Of a stretch of 64,000 nucleotides of DNA, positions 16,754-26,267 are shown in pieces. The stretch is from contig CANCJF010000001.1 of assembly GCA_947378245.1 (NCBI GenBank), forward strand, positions 2,668 to 66,667. The letters are read 5' to 3'. Source of the stretch: Bacteroidota bacterium. Lineage in GTDB: Bacteria; Bacteroidota; Bacteroidia; Flavobacteriales_D; Crocinitomicaceae. A program made the translations under genes and the position numbers. The notes under the pieces were generated by a model that did no database searches, was not told the origin of the DNA, and saw only the letters and a program-made list of their open reading frames with translations. Within the stretch, counting starts at the first letter, position 1. Every line of letters begins with the position of its first letter.

Positions 16754-17704
16754 ATGAAAGTTATTGATCACTTAAAAGAAGCTAAATCAACCCTTTTTTC
16801 ATTTGAAATTTTACCTCCATTAAAAGGGAAAAGTATCCAATCTATCTACGATGGAATTGATCCATTAATGGAATTTAAACCTAAATATATCAATGTTACT
16901 TACCACCGCGAAGAGTATATTTTCAAGGAAAGAGATAACGGATTATTGGAAAAAATAGCGATTCGCAAGCGCCCAGGTACTGTAGGTATCTGTGCTGCAA
17001 TCATGAATAAATACCATGTGGATGCTGTGCCTCACTTAATTTGTGGAGGATTTAGTAAGGAGGAAACGGAAAATGCATTGATTGATTTACAATTTTTAGG
17101 AATTGATAATGTATTAGCGCTGCGAGGAGATTCTATCAAAACAGAAAGCACATTTAAACCACATCCATCCGGACATGCGTATGCGGTAGATTTGATTAAA
17201 CAAGTGGTTGAAATGAATACGGGAAATTATATCACGGAAGATTTTCAGTTGGAGCCAACAAGCTACTGTATTGGAACCGCTGGTTATCCTGAAAAACATT
17301 TTGAAGCTATGAATCTGAATACAGATTTACAATATTTGAAAGCTAAAGTGGATGCTGGTGCTGAATACGTTGTGACTCAAATGTTTTTTGATAATCAAAA
17401 ATACTTTGACTTTGTAGATGCATGTCGTGCTATTGGTATTACTGTTCCTATTATTCCAGGAATTAAGCCTATCAAAACTTTGAATCACACTACTTTTTTA
17501 CCAAAATTATTCCACATTGATTATCCTGAAGCATTAGCGAAAGAATTGTTGAAATGTAAGGATAATCAAGCTGTGAAAGAATTAGGAATAGAGTGGGGGA
17601 TACAACAATCAAAAGAATTAAAGGCACATAATGTTCCAGGTATTCACTATTATACAATGTCTAATTCGGATGAGGTAAAAGCAATCGCTTCTGAGGTATT
17701 TTAA
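16754..17704 (+). CDS. metF: Methylenetetrahydrofolate reductase
   Basis: ...FSFEILPPLKG...NVTYHRE...HLICGG...NVLALRGD...GYPEKH...AGAEYVVTQMFFDN..., 316 aa. Confidence 0.92.
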   Translation: MKVIDHLKEAKSTLFSFEILPPLKGKSIQSIYDGIDPLMEFKPKYINVTYHREEYIFKERDNGLLEKIAIRKRPGTVGICAAIMNKYHVDAVPHLICGGFSKEETENALIDLQFLGIDNVLALRGDSIKTESTFKPHPSGHAYAVDLIKQVVEMNTGNYITEDFQLEPTSYCIGTAGYPEKHFEAMNLNTDLQYLKAKVDAGAEYVVTQMFFDNQKYFDFVDACRAIGITVPIIPGIKPIKTLNHTTFLPKLFHIDYPEALAKELLKCKDNQAVKELGIEWGIQQSKELKAHNVPGIHYYTMSNSDEVKAIASEVF

Positions 17705-17712
17705 TTAAAATT

Positions 17713-18252
17713 ATGCGTAATTATTTTATAATGTGTTTACTATTAATAGTAAGCACCCTCACGTTTTCTCAAAAGAAACACATTCAATTGACCAATGGTT
17801 TATTAGTTGCACAATTGGATCGACCAGAAGAGAAATTTACCTTGGAAATAAATTTGGCTGAATTATTTTCAGCTGAAAATGTAAAGGTGGTACCGTCATT
17901 AAATCTTCTTAAACAAGGAGAGGTTGCTTCTGTTTTGGTTTCGGATTCTGTCACTAACATTCTAAAATCCAAAAATATTGATACCTATATTTTGGTATCA
18001 GTACGTGGTTTTGACAAGAATTTTAGACTTTCTTCTCATTTTGAACCTTTATCTAATGAACTAGCATCTAGTCATTTATTTCCGCTATTTAGGGATGACA
18101 TACTATCTGTGACTTTTGAGTTTACATTGTACAGAAACAACGAAGTAGTAGCAAATGAATTACTTCGTATAAAAAATGTAGATTCAAAGGATAAGGTGAT
18201 GAAGAAATTACGCAAGAAATTACCAAAGTTGATTTCCAAATGGAAAAAATGA
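17713..18252 (+). CDS. Hypothetical exported protein
   Basis: Signal peptide MRNYFIMCLLLIVSTLTFSQ and a basic C-terminus. No family recognised. Confidence 0.5.
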   Translation: MRNYFIMCLLLIVSTLTFSQKKHIQLTNGLLVAQLDRPEEKFTLEINLAELFSAENVKVVPSLNLLKQGEVASVLVSDSVTNILKSKNIDTYILVSVRGFDKNFRLSSHFEPLSNELASSHLFPLFRDDILSVTFEFTLYRNNEVVANELLRIKNVDSKDKVMKKLRKKLPKLISKWKK

Positions 18253-18255
18253 ATT

Positions 18256-18293
18256 ATTCTGTAGAGACAAAATGCGTTTCGTCTCTACAGAAT
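18256..18293. terminator. Bidirectional hairpin terminator (13-bp perfect stem) between convergent genes
   Basis: ATTCTGTAGAGAC-N12-GTCTCTACAGAAT. It is followed by degenerate partial copies (GTTGCATCCCTA, GTTGCTTCTCTACA) up to the sprA stop. Confidence 0.65.
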
Positions 18294-18341
18294 ACGTTGC
18301 ATCCCTATTAAATGTGTTGCTTCTCTACAAATAATATCACA

Positions 18342-21300
18342 CTACATTCCCGCTAAATTCAATCTTAATTTTAACCCTGCACTTGTGTTTGAAGTGGGAT
18401 AAGATGTCGCTACTTTTGGTCGATTGATTACCTGATCATAGTACATCATCAACGTTAAGTTAGGACCTAGATTATAATCCATAGAGGATTTAATTGAAAT
18501 AACCATTTGTCCTGCTGTTGCTTGGTTGGTGTTTTCTACTATTTTACGGATGACTGTAAAATTGTCTCTAAATGAGAAATCAAAACGGATATTTAAATCA
18601 TTTTCAGGAATTTTACCTTGTATTTTGAATGGGAATTTTACCTTAGAAAATTTCACACCTGAACCAACTACCCACTCCTTACTTAATATTTCAGTAATTT
18701 GTTGATTACTCAATGCTAGCGAGGAATTTCGGTCTTTCTTGTATTCTAATTTGGTAATGAGCCCTTGTCCTAAGAAATTCCAAGTTGCATCAATACCAAA
18801 CAATGGTGAAAAACGTTCGGTTAATGCCACGTTTTGAATTTGTCTTTCAGCAATAAAGTTGTTATTTAAATCAAAAGTGGAAGGATTTCCATAAGCATCC
18901 ACATTCGCCTTTAAGTTTGTTTGTATTCCAGAAATACTTACACTTGAAGAATATGCATGGCGTAATGTAATGTTCTTCGTACGTTTTTTAAAGAATTCCA
19001 TTTTGGAGAATCCATTGTAATTGATAGACCAGTTAGGTAAAGGAATGGCTGAAATCGGATTGATATTCCTTGTGGTCATTTTATTATTCGTATAGGATGC
19101 TAAAAATGAACCTACTAATACCTCTTGTTGCGTGGATCCATACCCTTTTGCATATCCGCTTGTAGTTGGTATAGAATTTGGATTTTTGGCACCAAGTAAT
19201 TGACTTACAATTTCTCGGTTATCACGCATGGTAGTAAATGAAGTGGATTGATAATCACTACTTGTTGACATGAATGTGGAACGCAAAGCAATTGTTGAAT
19301 AGGTTAACGTACCAGTTTCAACTAAACTCTGATTTTGGTAACTTTTTGTAGTATCACTCCATCGGAAAAAATCACTAGAATTCATCGTGTAATTTCGGTT
19401 AAATGATAATTCTATACTTACATCTTTTAATGGTTCAATCGTCATTCTCCCTGAAATATTTTGGGAATGGGTTAAGGTATGCTGTTTATTAAGTGATTGA
19501 TTTTTTACCAACCAGCCATTATCTGCAGCAGTTCGCGCAAAATCATAGGAAGTCTTTTGTCCGTATAAATCATAAGTTTGTTGCCCAAACAAGAATCCAG
19601 TAAGATCTTTTGGTGTAGAGGCAGGTAACCCTAAATATCTTGTTTCTAAATTATATCCGGGAAGTAATGTTCCGTCATTTAAAGAGTAGGTACCAGAAAC
19701 AGATCGAACACTCATTGCAGCACGACCAATCGTTGACACAACAATGTTGACAGGTTCCTTTTCGCGTTTTGCTTTTCTTGCCTCCCGCTTTTCTTTACGT
19801 AAAATTCGTCTTCTAATACGATCTTCTTTTCTTTTCTCTTTTCGGGTAAGTTGATCATAAGGCTTACCAAATGAAGTCACTTTTGAATCAAATTTTGTTG
19901 GTTTTTTTTCGGATTGATCAGTTGTTGAACCTACCTGAGCTCTATTTGATGTTTTATTTCCATCTATGATTTTCTTTAAATAGGGAACTTTAGAATAGAA
20001 GTTCGTCATGTTTAAGGTAGTTGTAAGATTAACTACTCGACTATTTTGTATTGTATTTCCATAAGCACTTTGTCCTAGAGGTGCTCGTTGCCAGTTAAAT
20101 GTTCCACTATATTTTGTAGAGGCAGTTACAAAATCTAATAATGGTATCTTTTCGAACGGTAAATTATACGATAATGAATAATCGTGCGTATAATCCATTG
20201 TTTTACCTAACGTACTTAATTGACGTTTAATCGTGTCTAAGAAAATTTGATAACCTACAGGATCTTCTTTTTTATTTACCCGACCATTCGATTCATCAAA
20301 AATAGCCCTATCAGTAGCATTAAACGTAAACTTTAAGTTTTTTGTAATATCATAACCAAGCATATATGATCTATTCCATGCAAATGATTTTACATAAACA
20401 GGTGTGAATTCATAGGTTGGAGCGAGGTTGTTACGCATCTTACGTTCGTTATAATTACGTAAAATATCGTTATTTATAGAAATTGTCTTAGGTGTTAAAT
20501 ATAAATTTGCATCTTTTAGAATATTCCACCATTTAGATTTCTGCATAAACTTAACCTTCTTGAATGGTTCAATCGGTTTAGCGGTAAAACTATAACTGTA
20601 CGTTAAAGCGCTTTTCCAAGACTGTGTTCTATCAAATTCTGTATTGAAATCTCGTTTATAAATCTCACTATATCCGTAACTTGCCGATAAATTTGAAATA
20701 TTCCAAAAATGAGCTTTTGCATCCGGATTCGCTTCTTTACGAACATTGGTAAAGTTGTACGATTTTCTTTCTGTAAAATCTTGTCCATTCTTTGCACGTT
20801 GGTTTTTTTCGGATAAAGAATAGTCGTTTAACTTTATATCAGGATTAAAAGGATCGTATTCAGGATTGATAATTCCTAAATTATACCCATAGAAAAAGGG
20901 CAATGAAATTTTCATTTTATTTCCTAAGAACTGTCCTAATTGCATGGTGGTGTTGAAGTCAAAACCAATTTGTTCATTTCGTTGACGTTCTTGCACACGA
21001 CTTTCGATGGTACCCCAATTTACTCCTGCGTAATTACCAGATACGGAAACATTTGCGAAATCTGCAGCTTGTACTTGCATACGCCCTACTGCAGCCGAAC
21101 CTCCATTATTTTGAAAGTCAGTTAGTCGTAATTCATTGATCCAGATATTACCACATTTAGGTAGCCCATCATCTTTCCATAGTTTATTGTTATCAATAGA
21201 AGGATTTCGTACACCAATCATGATTGTCTTAATTCCTTGTAAATTAGGACTTCCTTTAACCTTTATATACCGACTCGGATTAGCAGGATCTACCATTACA

Positions 21301-24300
21301 TACTCACTCGTGTTTGTGATTGTAGAACTAGGATTTGCTGTAATGTCATTTCTTTTTTTCTTAACCAATAATAAATTGTCAAAGTCAATTTCCATATTAT
21401 TTGCATCTGGCCAAATTTCGTTTGGAGATGTTGTATTCCAATTGGTTGTTGACATTGGCATTTCATATTCATAATAATTGTCTGTAAAATCAGATCCCAC
21501 TCGGATAAATAGAGTTAAATCATTCGTATTTAATGGACTCGATTTTGTAATTTCTTCCGCATGAACATACATCTTTAACTTCTTGTATGTTCGAACATCA
21601 AATTGTACATTTTTGTATGCTGCCCTTGCAGAACCATCTTTCAAATTACACACTTCAAAAGCTAAGGCTTGCTCATTCATTTGACGTTGTTGAATTTGAG
21701 AAGGATCAATTTCACGTAATATGCCAGGAGGAATTACATAATTAATCGGTGTACGAGATGCGTTTTCTTCTATGTTTACCGCAGAAATATTGAACGTTGT
21801 TAAGTTTGGATCTGTTTGAAATGACTCTCCAGGTACATTTATATCACCTTGATATTTTCTCCATTCTCCACGTATAAATTCTAATCGTGCAAAACGAACC
21901 AAAACTTCTTCATTAAAGTTTTTTAAAAACATCCGCATAAATCGGATAGATCGAAAATCGGATATTCCATTTACAACTTTTTGAGGCTCACGAATTGGAA
22001 CTTTAAATTGGATCCATCGCTCTGTTTTAGTCCCATTTTGATAGGTTTGTATGTTGGTCACGTTATTTTTCCCAATCTCTAAATCTTTAGAGCGTAAACT
22101 CACTTTGTATTGGTAATAACTTTCTGATTCTGATAAATTGTTGTCTTGATTTAGATCTTCGATGTCTGGTAAATTTGTTGCCTGAGTCGAATATCCTGCA
22201 GCATTGTATTTCGCTGACATTTCCAATGATGGTGAGTTTCCTTGATGCCTATTAAAACGTTTGTAACGTTCAAGAATGTCTGCTTTTTCACTATCGTAAG
22301 TGTCGCTTCTGTAATAAGAATAATCATCATTTGATGGATCAGACATCATTTTATCTTTCACACTAGGATCTAAAATTGGATTATTCTTCACCCAATTAAC
22401 ATACGTAGCAAATTGAGATTTTTCAGCATCATTATTCCAACCATCCAATCCAATATCTTGATTTTCCAAAGCTGTAGGACTAGGATCAAAAGCATTTATA
22501 ACTACATTTTGGGTGGATACTCGTGCCCACTGTGTGACATCTAAATTATCTGAAGTTGTCGTTGGAGTAGGAGGTAAACCATTTTCAAATTCTTTACGTG
22601 AATCAGGCAATACATCTTCCGAAATGTTTCCTAAATTAAAGTACAAATCTCCACCTGATGGTACAACATTCTGATTCGCTTTTACTGCATCTTCATTAAA
22701 TGGATCTAATATCCAAAACTGAATAAATTCAATGTTTGATAACTCAAAATCATTCGTACTTAATGAACGCATTATTCCTCCCCATTTTGAAGAAGGATTT
22801 TGAAAGTGACCTAACTTGTCGAGCATCGAAGTAGTGTCATAATTGTACATACCTCGTTCTTTCGGATAAAATGCTAATTCTAAAATCGGAATGTTTGTAA
22901 ATGTTCCATATTGTTGTTGAAGATTTGGAAAAATATCTTTTTGACTAACCATTCTCATCCTACTATCTGTAAGCATTTGAGGATTGTCAATGATATGTTT
23001 TGGCGTATTTGTTCCTGCCTGATAAAATAAAGGGTCAATTAGATACCATGCAATATTTGCTCGTTTAAATCCTGAACTTAAATTTTTAGTTCCTGCTTCT
23101 GGAAATAAATCAGGTTGATTTTGAGGAATAGACGCTAATTTCCAAGCACTTTGAGTTCGTAAATCAATGGTGCTTTGACTTCCTTCAAAATCATCTACAT
23201 AGGAGATACCTGTAGATGTAATTGCTTTTGGTGAGCCAGGAAACAAATGAGCTACTTCTCCTGTAAAGGAAATAGTTGATTTAGCACGCGTAGAAAGCAT
23301 AGGTAAAAGATCTATAGCTTTCGTTAAAAATGGTAATTCATGTTTGAATGATACATCTAAACCTAACATGTTGTTTTTAAATGGTTCTGAACCAATATCT
23401 ACCTTTTGTGTAATTGGTCGTTCAGTCATTCGCATCCAAGTAGCGCCTAAATTAAAATCCTTATTAAAACGGTAGTTTAAATGCGTTCCTATCATTGATC
23501 GGGCCTGAAACCCAAATACAGAATTACTTTCTACAGACACCTTAATCGGGGTGTTTGATTCTAGGACACCTGAATTTAATATTTTAACACGACCTAGGTT
23601 GTAGTCGACCGTGTAGTCTGTTCCCTCTACTAATTTTATTCCTCCTGCTGTAACTGAAACCGCACCTTGGGGAACGTTTAATGCGTTTAGAGGAATGTCA
23701 GAACTTACAGAGGATTGATATTGACCTTTAAAAATAAATCGATTTTTAGTAGGAATTTGTTGTGCCGCTGTTTTTGTAGAGTCATATAGTTCCGTAAAGA
23801 CAATCTTATCTACAGTACTAACCGGAATTCCCTTAGCAATCATTTTTTGACGTAGAGTCTGGCCAAATGGTTCGATGGTAGAAAAATAAATACGCCCATT
23901 TTTGGGGTTAATTGTTCCTCCATTATCCGCTTTATTTCCGTTAAAATTAACTGGTGCAAAATCAAATAAACCATCCGAGAAAGGTTGGTTATTCACATTC
24001 AGCTTATCCATTCCTAACAAGGAAATTAACTGAACCTTATCTAATCCCTCATATGGGAAAAAATTGACCGGTAAACTTGTCGTTGGGTTATTGTATAATA
24101 CGTCTAATCTAAATCCTTGTCGATCTAGAGAATATGCACCAATTGAATACACGTTTTTCATCATCAAATCCCAAATTTTATTTTTAGGATTGGTTAATGT
24201 TGGTTTTAATAATTTTAAATATAAAGCAGATTTTCCATCTATTCCATCCGTAGAAAATTGTCCAACTTGGTATGTTTTTCCTTGATAGGTATATTCATAG

Positions 24301-25685
24301 GCTACTGCAAGAACTTCATCATTAATTATCGGTTGATTTAATGAAATATATCCAAGCAGTGAGTTATATGAAAATTCTTGATCTGTCAGTTTTCTTGCAT
24401 TTTCAACTTTTTCGTATTCAACAGTTTGTACAAATGGCCCCGGTGCTGTTACTACATTTGATAACGTTGTTACAGCATTTGAAAATCCTTTAATTTGGTC
24501 TTGTGTTAATAACCATGGATATAATCCATTTGCATTATTGTCTGGAAAAATAGATGATGTAAAATTACTAGGACCAGGATTTGTTCCTTGAACATCTTGT
24601 GGTAATGCTTCTCCTAAATCGGTAAATGCAACGACATTTCTAGTATTTATTGTACTATTTACACGGTTAGTCAACCAAACTTCCATTCTCGTGATATTAA
24701 TCTGAGAATTGACTATCGGAAGTTGCGCCATTGCAGTATCATACTGGTTTCTAAAATAATGACTTAAAAAATAATGACGATTTGCTTCATAATTGTCAGC
24801 TGTTAATTCGAAATTTTGAACTTGTGATTTTCCAGAAACATTAATTTCCTGTTTTTTTCCTTTTGAAGATGCAATGACATTGTCGATCGTTAATTTTCCA
24901 AATTTCCACTGTGTCTTAACCCCAAAAAGTGTTTGAGAACCTTGAATTAGCGAGGTTGTCAAAGGCATGGATACATTACCTAATTCTATTTTTTGAAGAA
25001 TTTGGTCCTCATCACCAGTATATCCTAATTTTGTAACATTCTCAAAATCAAAAGCCGCTTGACTATTATAACTTGTACTTAATTTTAGCTTGGTGCCGAT
25101 TTGACCAACTAAATTAATTTGCATATTCTGTTGAAAATCAAAACGTGTTAAGCTTCGTTGTGCAACGGGTAAAATAGGGTTATCTAAACGTGAATGATTG
25201 ATTCCCATAGCAACTTCTACAGAACCTTGAGGTTTAATGTTAATTTCATCTGAACCAAAAAAGTTAGCAAAACCCTTTCCTCCAACCTTAATTGGAGGGA
25301 CTAATGGTTGACCTGATTCTGTTTGTGCATCAATTTTATCTTTCCAGTTATTCGTTAATGATTTTTTACGTTCATATTCTAAATATTCCTTCAATGTCAT
25401 CATGGAAGGGTTACGATAATTGATTTTTGTAGAATCTCCTAAAGTCTCTTTAAAGATGTATTTTCGTAAAACAGGATCATAAACAATTGTTTGCTTTAAT
25501 TTACTCGGATCCCCTAAATCAAAGCGTTGAGGAGTGTTTTGAGTCGGATCATACGTTTTCTTTATGGGAAATGGAAGTGGTTTAATAGAATCTTGGCCAT
25601 ACAAATTGCCATAAAACAAAGATAGCAAGGTAATAAAAATCACCTTGCTACACAATAGTCTATAGCCTCGTATATATTTACTCAA
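18342..25685 (-). CDS. sprA: Type IX secretion system translocon SprA
   Basis: 2447-aa ORF with a signal peptide, giant beta-barrel-type composition and position directly downstream of ruvA, as in other Flavobacteriia. Only TTG is available at the N-terminus (LSKYIRGYRLLCSKVIFITLLSLFYGNLYGQ). Confidence 0.9.
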   Translation of the reverse strand: MSKYIRGYRLLCSKVIFITLLSLFYGNLYGQDSIKPLPFPIKKTYDPTQNTPQRFDLGDPSKLKQTIVYDPVLRKYIFKETLGDSTKINYRNPSMMTLKEYLEYERKKSLTNNWKDKIDAQTESGQPLVPPIKVGGKGFANFFGSDEINIKPQGSVEVAMGINHSRLDNPILPVAQRSLTRFDFQQNMQINLVGQIGTKLKLSTSYNSQAAFDFENVTKLGYTGDEDQILQKIELGNVSMPLTTSLIQGSQTLFGVKTQWKFGKLTIDNVIASSKGKKQEINVSGKSQVQNFELTADNYEANRHYFLSHYFRNQYDTAMAQLPIVNSQINITRMEVWLTNRVNSTINTRNVVAFTDLGEALPQDVQGTNPGPSNFTSSIFPDNNANGLYPWLLTQDQIKGFSNAVTTLSNVVTAPGPFVQTVEYEKVENARKLTDQEFSYNSLLGYISLNQPIINDEVLAVAYEYTYQGKTYQVGQFSTDGIDGKSALYLKLLKPTLTNPKNKIWDLMMKNVYSIGAYSLDRQGFRLDVLYNNPTTSLPVNFFPYEGLDKVQLISLLGMDKLNVNNQPFSDGLFDFAPVNFNGNKADNGGTINPKNGRIYFSTIEPFGQTLRQKMIAKGIPVSTVDKIVFTELYDSTKTAAQQIPTKNRFIFKGQYQSSVSSDIPLNALNVPQGAVSVTAGGIKLVEGTDYTVDYNLGRVKILNSGVLESNTPIKVSVESNSVFGFQARSMIGTHLNYRFNKDFNLGATWMRMTERPITQKVDIGSEPFKNNMLGLDVSFKHELPFLTKAIDLLPMLSTRAKSTISFTGEVAHLFPGSPKAITSTGISYVDDFEGSQSTIDLRTQSAWKLASIPQNQPDLFPEAGTKNLSSGFKRANIAWYLIDPLFYQAGTNTPKHIIDNPQMLTDSRMRMVSQKDIFPNLQQQYGTFTNIPILELAFYPKERGMYNYDTTSMLDKLGHFQNPSSKWGGIMRSLSTNDFELSNIEFIQFWILDPFNEDAVKANQNVVPSGGDLYFNLGNISEDVLPDSRKEFENGLPPTPTTTSDNLDVTQWARVSTQNVVINAFDPSPTALENQDIGLDGWNNDAEKSQFATYVNWVKNNPILDPSVKDKMMSDPSNDDYSYYRSDTYDSEKADILERYKRFNRHQGNSPSLEMSAKYNAAGYSTQATNLPDIEDLNQDNNLSESESYYQYKVSLRSKDLEIGKNNVTNIQTYQNGTKTERWIQFKVPIREPQKVVNGISDFRSIRFMRMFLKNFNEEVLVRFARLEFIRGEWRKYQGDINVPGESFQTDPNLTTFNISAVNIEENASRTPINYVIPPGILREIDPSQIQQRQMNEQALAFEVCNLKDGSARAAYKNVQFDVRTYKKLKMYVHAEEITKSSPLNTNDLTLFIRVGSDFTDNYYEYEMPMSTTNWNTTSPNEIWPDANNMEIDFDNLLLVKKKRNDITANPSSTITNTSEYVMVDPANPSRYIKVKGSPNLQGIKTIMIGVRNPSIDNNKLWKDDGLPKCGNIWINELRLTDFQNNGGSAAVGRMQVQAADFANVSVSGNYAGVNWGTIESRVQERQRNEQIGFDFNTTMQLGQFLGNKMKISLPFFYGYNLGIINPEYDPFNPDIKLNDYSLSEKNQRAKNGQDFTERKSYNFTNVRKEANPDAKAHFWNISNLSASYGYSEIYKRDFNTEFDRTQSWKSALTYSYSFTAKPIEPFKKVKFMQKSKWWNILKDANLYLTPKTISINNDILRNYNERKMRNNLAPTYEFTPVYVKSFAWNRSYMLGYDITKNLKFTFNATDRAIFDESNGRVNKKEDPVGYQIFLDTIKRQLSTLGKTMDYTHDYSLSYNLPFEKIPLLDFVTASTKYSGTFNWQRAPLGQSAYGNTIQNSRVVNLTTTLNMTNFYSKVPYLKKIIDGNKTSNRAQVGSTTDQSEKKPTKFDSKVTSFGKPYDQLTRKEKRKEDRIRRRILRKEKREARKAKREKEPVNIVVSTIGRAAMSVRSVSGTYSLNDGTLLPGYNLETRYLGLPASTPKDLTGFLFGQQTYDLYGQKTSYDFARTAADNGWLVKNQSLNKQHTLTHSQNISGRMTIEPLKDVSIELSFNRNYTMNSSDFFRWSDTTKSYQNQSLVETGTLTYSTIALRSTFMSTSSDYQSTSFTTMRDNREIVSQLLGAKNPNSIPTTSGYAKGYGSTQQEVLVGSFLASYTNNKMTTRNINPISAIPLPNWSINYNGFSKMEFFKKRTKNITLRHAYSSSVSISGIQTNLKANVDAYGNPSTFDLNNNFIAERQIQNVALTERFSPLFGIDATWNFLGQGLITKLEYKKDRNSSLALSNQQITEILSKEWVVGSGVKFSKVKFPFKIQGKIPENDLNIRFDFSFRDNFTVIRKIVENTNQATAGQMVISIKSSMDYNLGPNLTLMMYYDQVINRPKVATSYPTSNTSAGLKLRLNLAGM

Positions 25686-25688
25686 TTT

Positions 25689-26264
25689 TTACAATATTTT
25701 AAGAGCCCCTTTAATTATTTGCTCCACCGTTTCCTCTCCTTGACTCACTTTTTCTATCGCTTTTTCTGCATTCTTTTTATCGAATCCTAAAGAAACCAAT
25801 GCTGTTAACGCATCAAATCGATTTGTATTGTGTCCCATCGCAGAAATTTGTGGAGAAAAACTCATTTTTACCATTTTATCTTTCAAATCCACAATCACAC
25901 GTTGTGCAGTTTTTACACCGATTCCTTTAATACTTTGAATGGTTCGTACATCCTCTACTTGAATCGCATGGGCAATTTCTTCCGGAACCAATGACGATAG
26001 CATGATCATCGCTGTATTTGGACCAATGCCTGAAACAGAAATTAAATGATTAAACATTTCTCTTTCTTCTTTCGTAACAAAACCATACAACAATTGCGCA
26101 TCTTCACGAACTATGAATTGAGTAAATACTTTCACGGATTCTTCTGAACCAATCGCAGAAAAGGTATTTAATGAAATTTTCACTTCATACCCTATTCCTC
26201 CACATTCTATGATTAGAGTCGTAGGATTTTTCTCAACTAATTTTCCGCTTATATGTGCAATCAT
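25689..26264 (-). CDS. ruvA: Holliday junction DNA helicase RuvA
   Basis: MIAHISGKLVEK...GIGYEV..., HhH motifs (ISVSGIGPNTA, IKGIGVKTAQR), 191 aa. Confidence 0.93.
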   Translation of the reverse strand: MIAHISGKLVEKNPTTLIIECGGIGYEVKISLNTFSAIGSEESVKVFTQFIVREDAQLLYGFVTKEEREMFNHLISVSGIGPNTAMIMLSSLVPEEIAHAIQVEDVRTIQSIKGIGVKTAQRVIVDLKDKMVKMSFSPQISAMGHNTNRFDALTALVSLGFDKKNAEKAIEKVSQGEETVEQIIKGALKIL

Positions 26265-26267
26265 TGT

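Noticed and set aside
20603-24285. Short ORFs within or antisense to sprA (20603-20797, 20940-21125, 21136-21474, 24064-24285)
   Set aside because: They are fully embedded in the 7.3-kb sprA ORF, with no family resemblance. These are expected chance ORFs in a long AT-rich gene.
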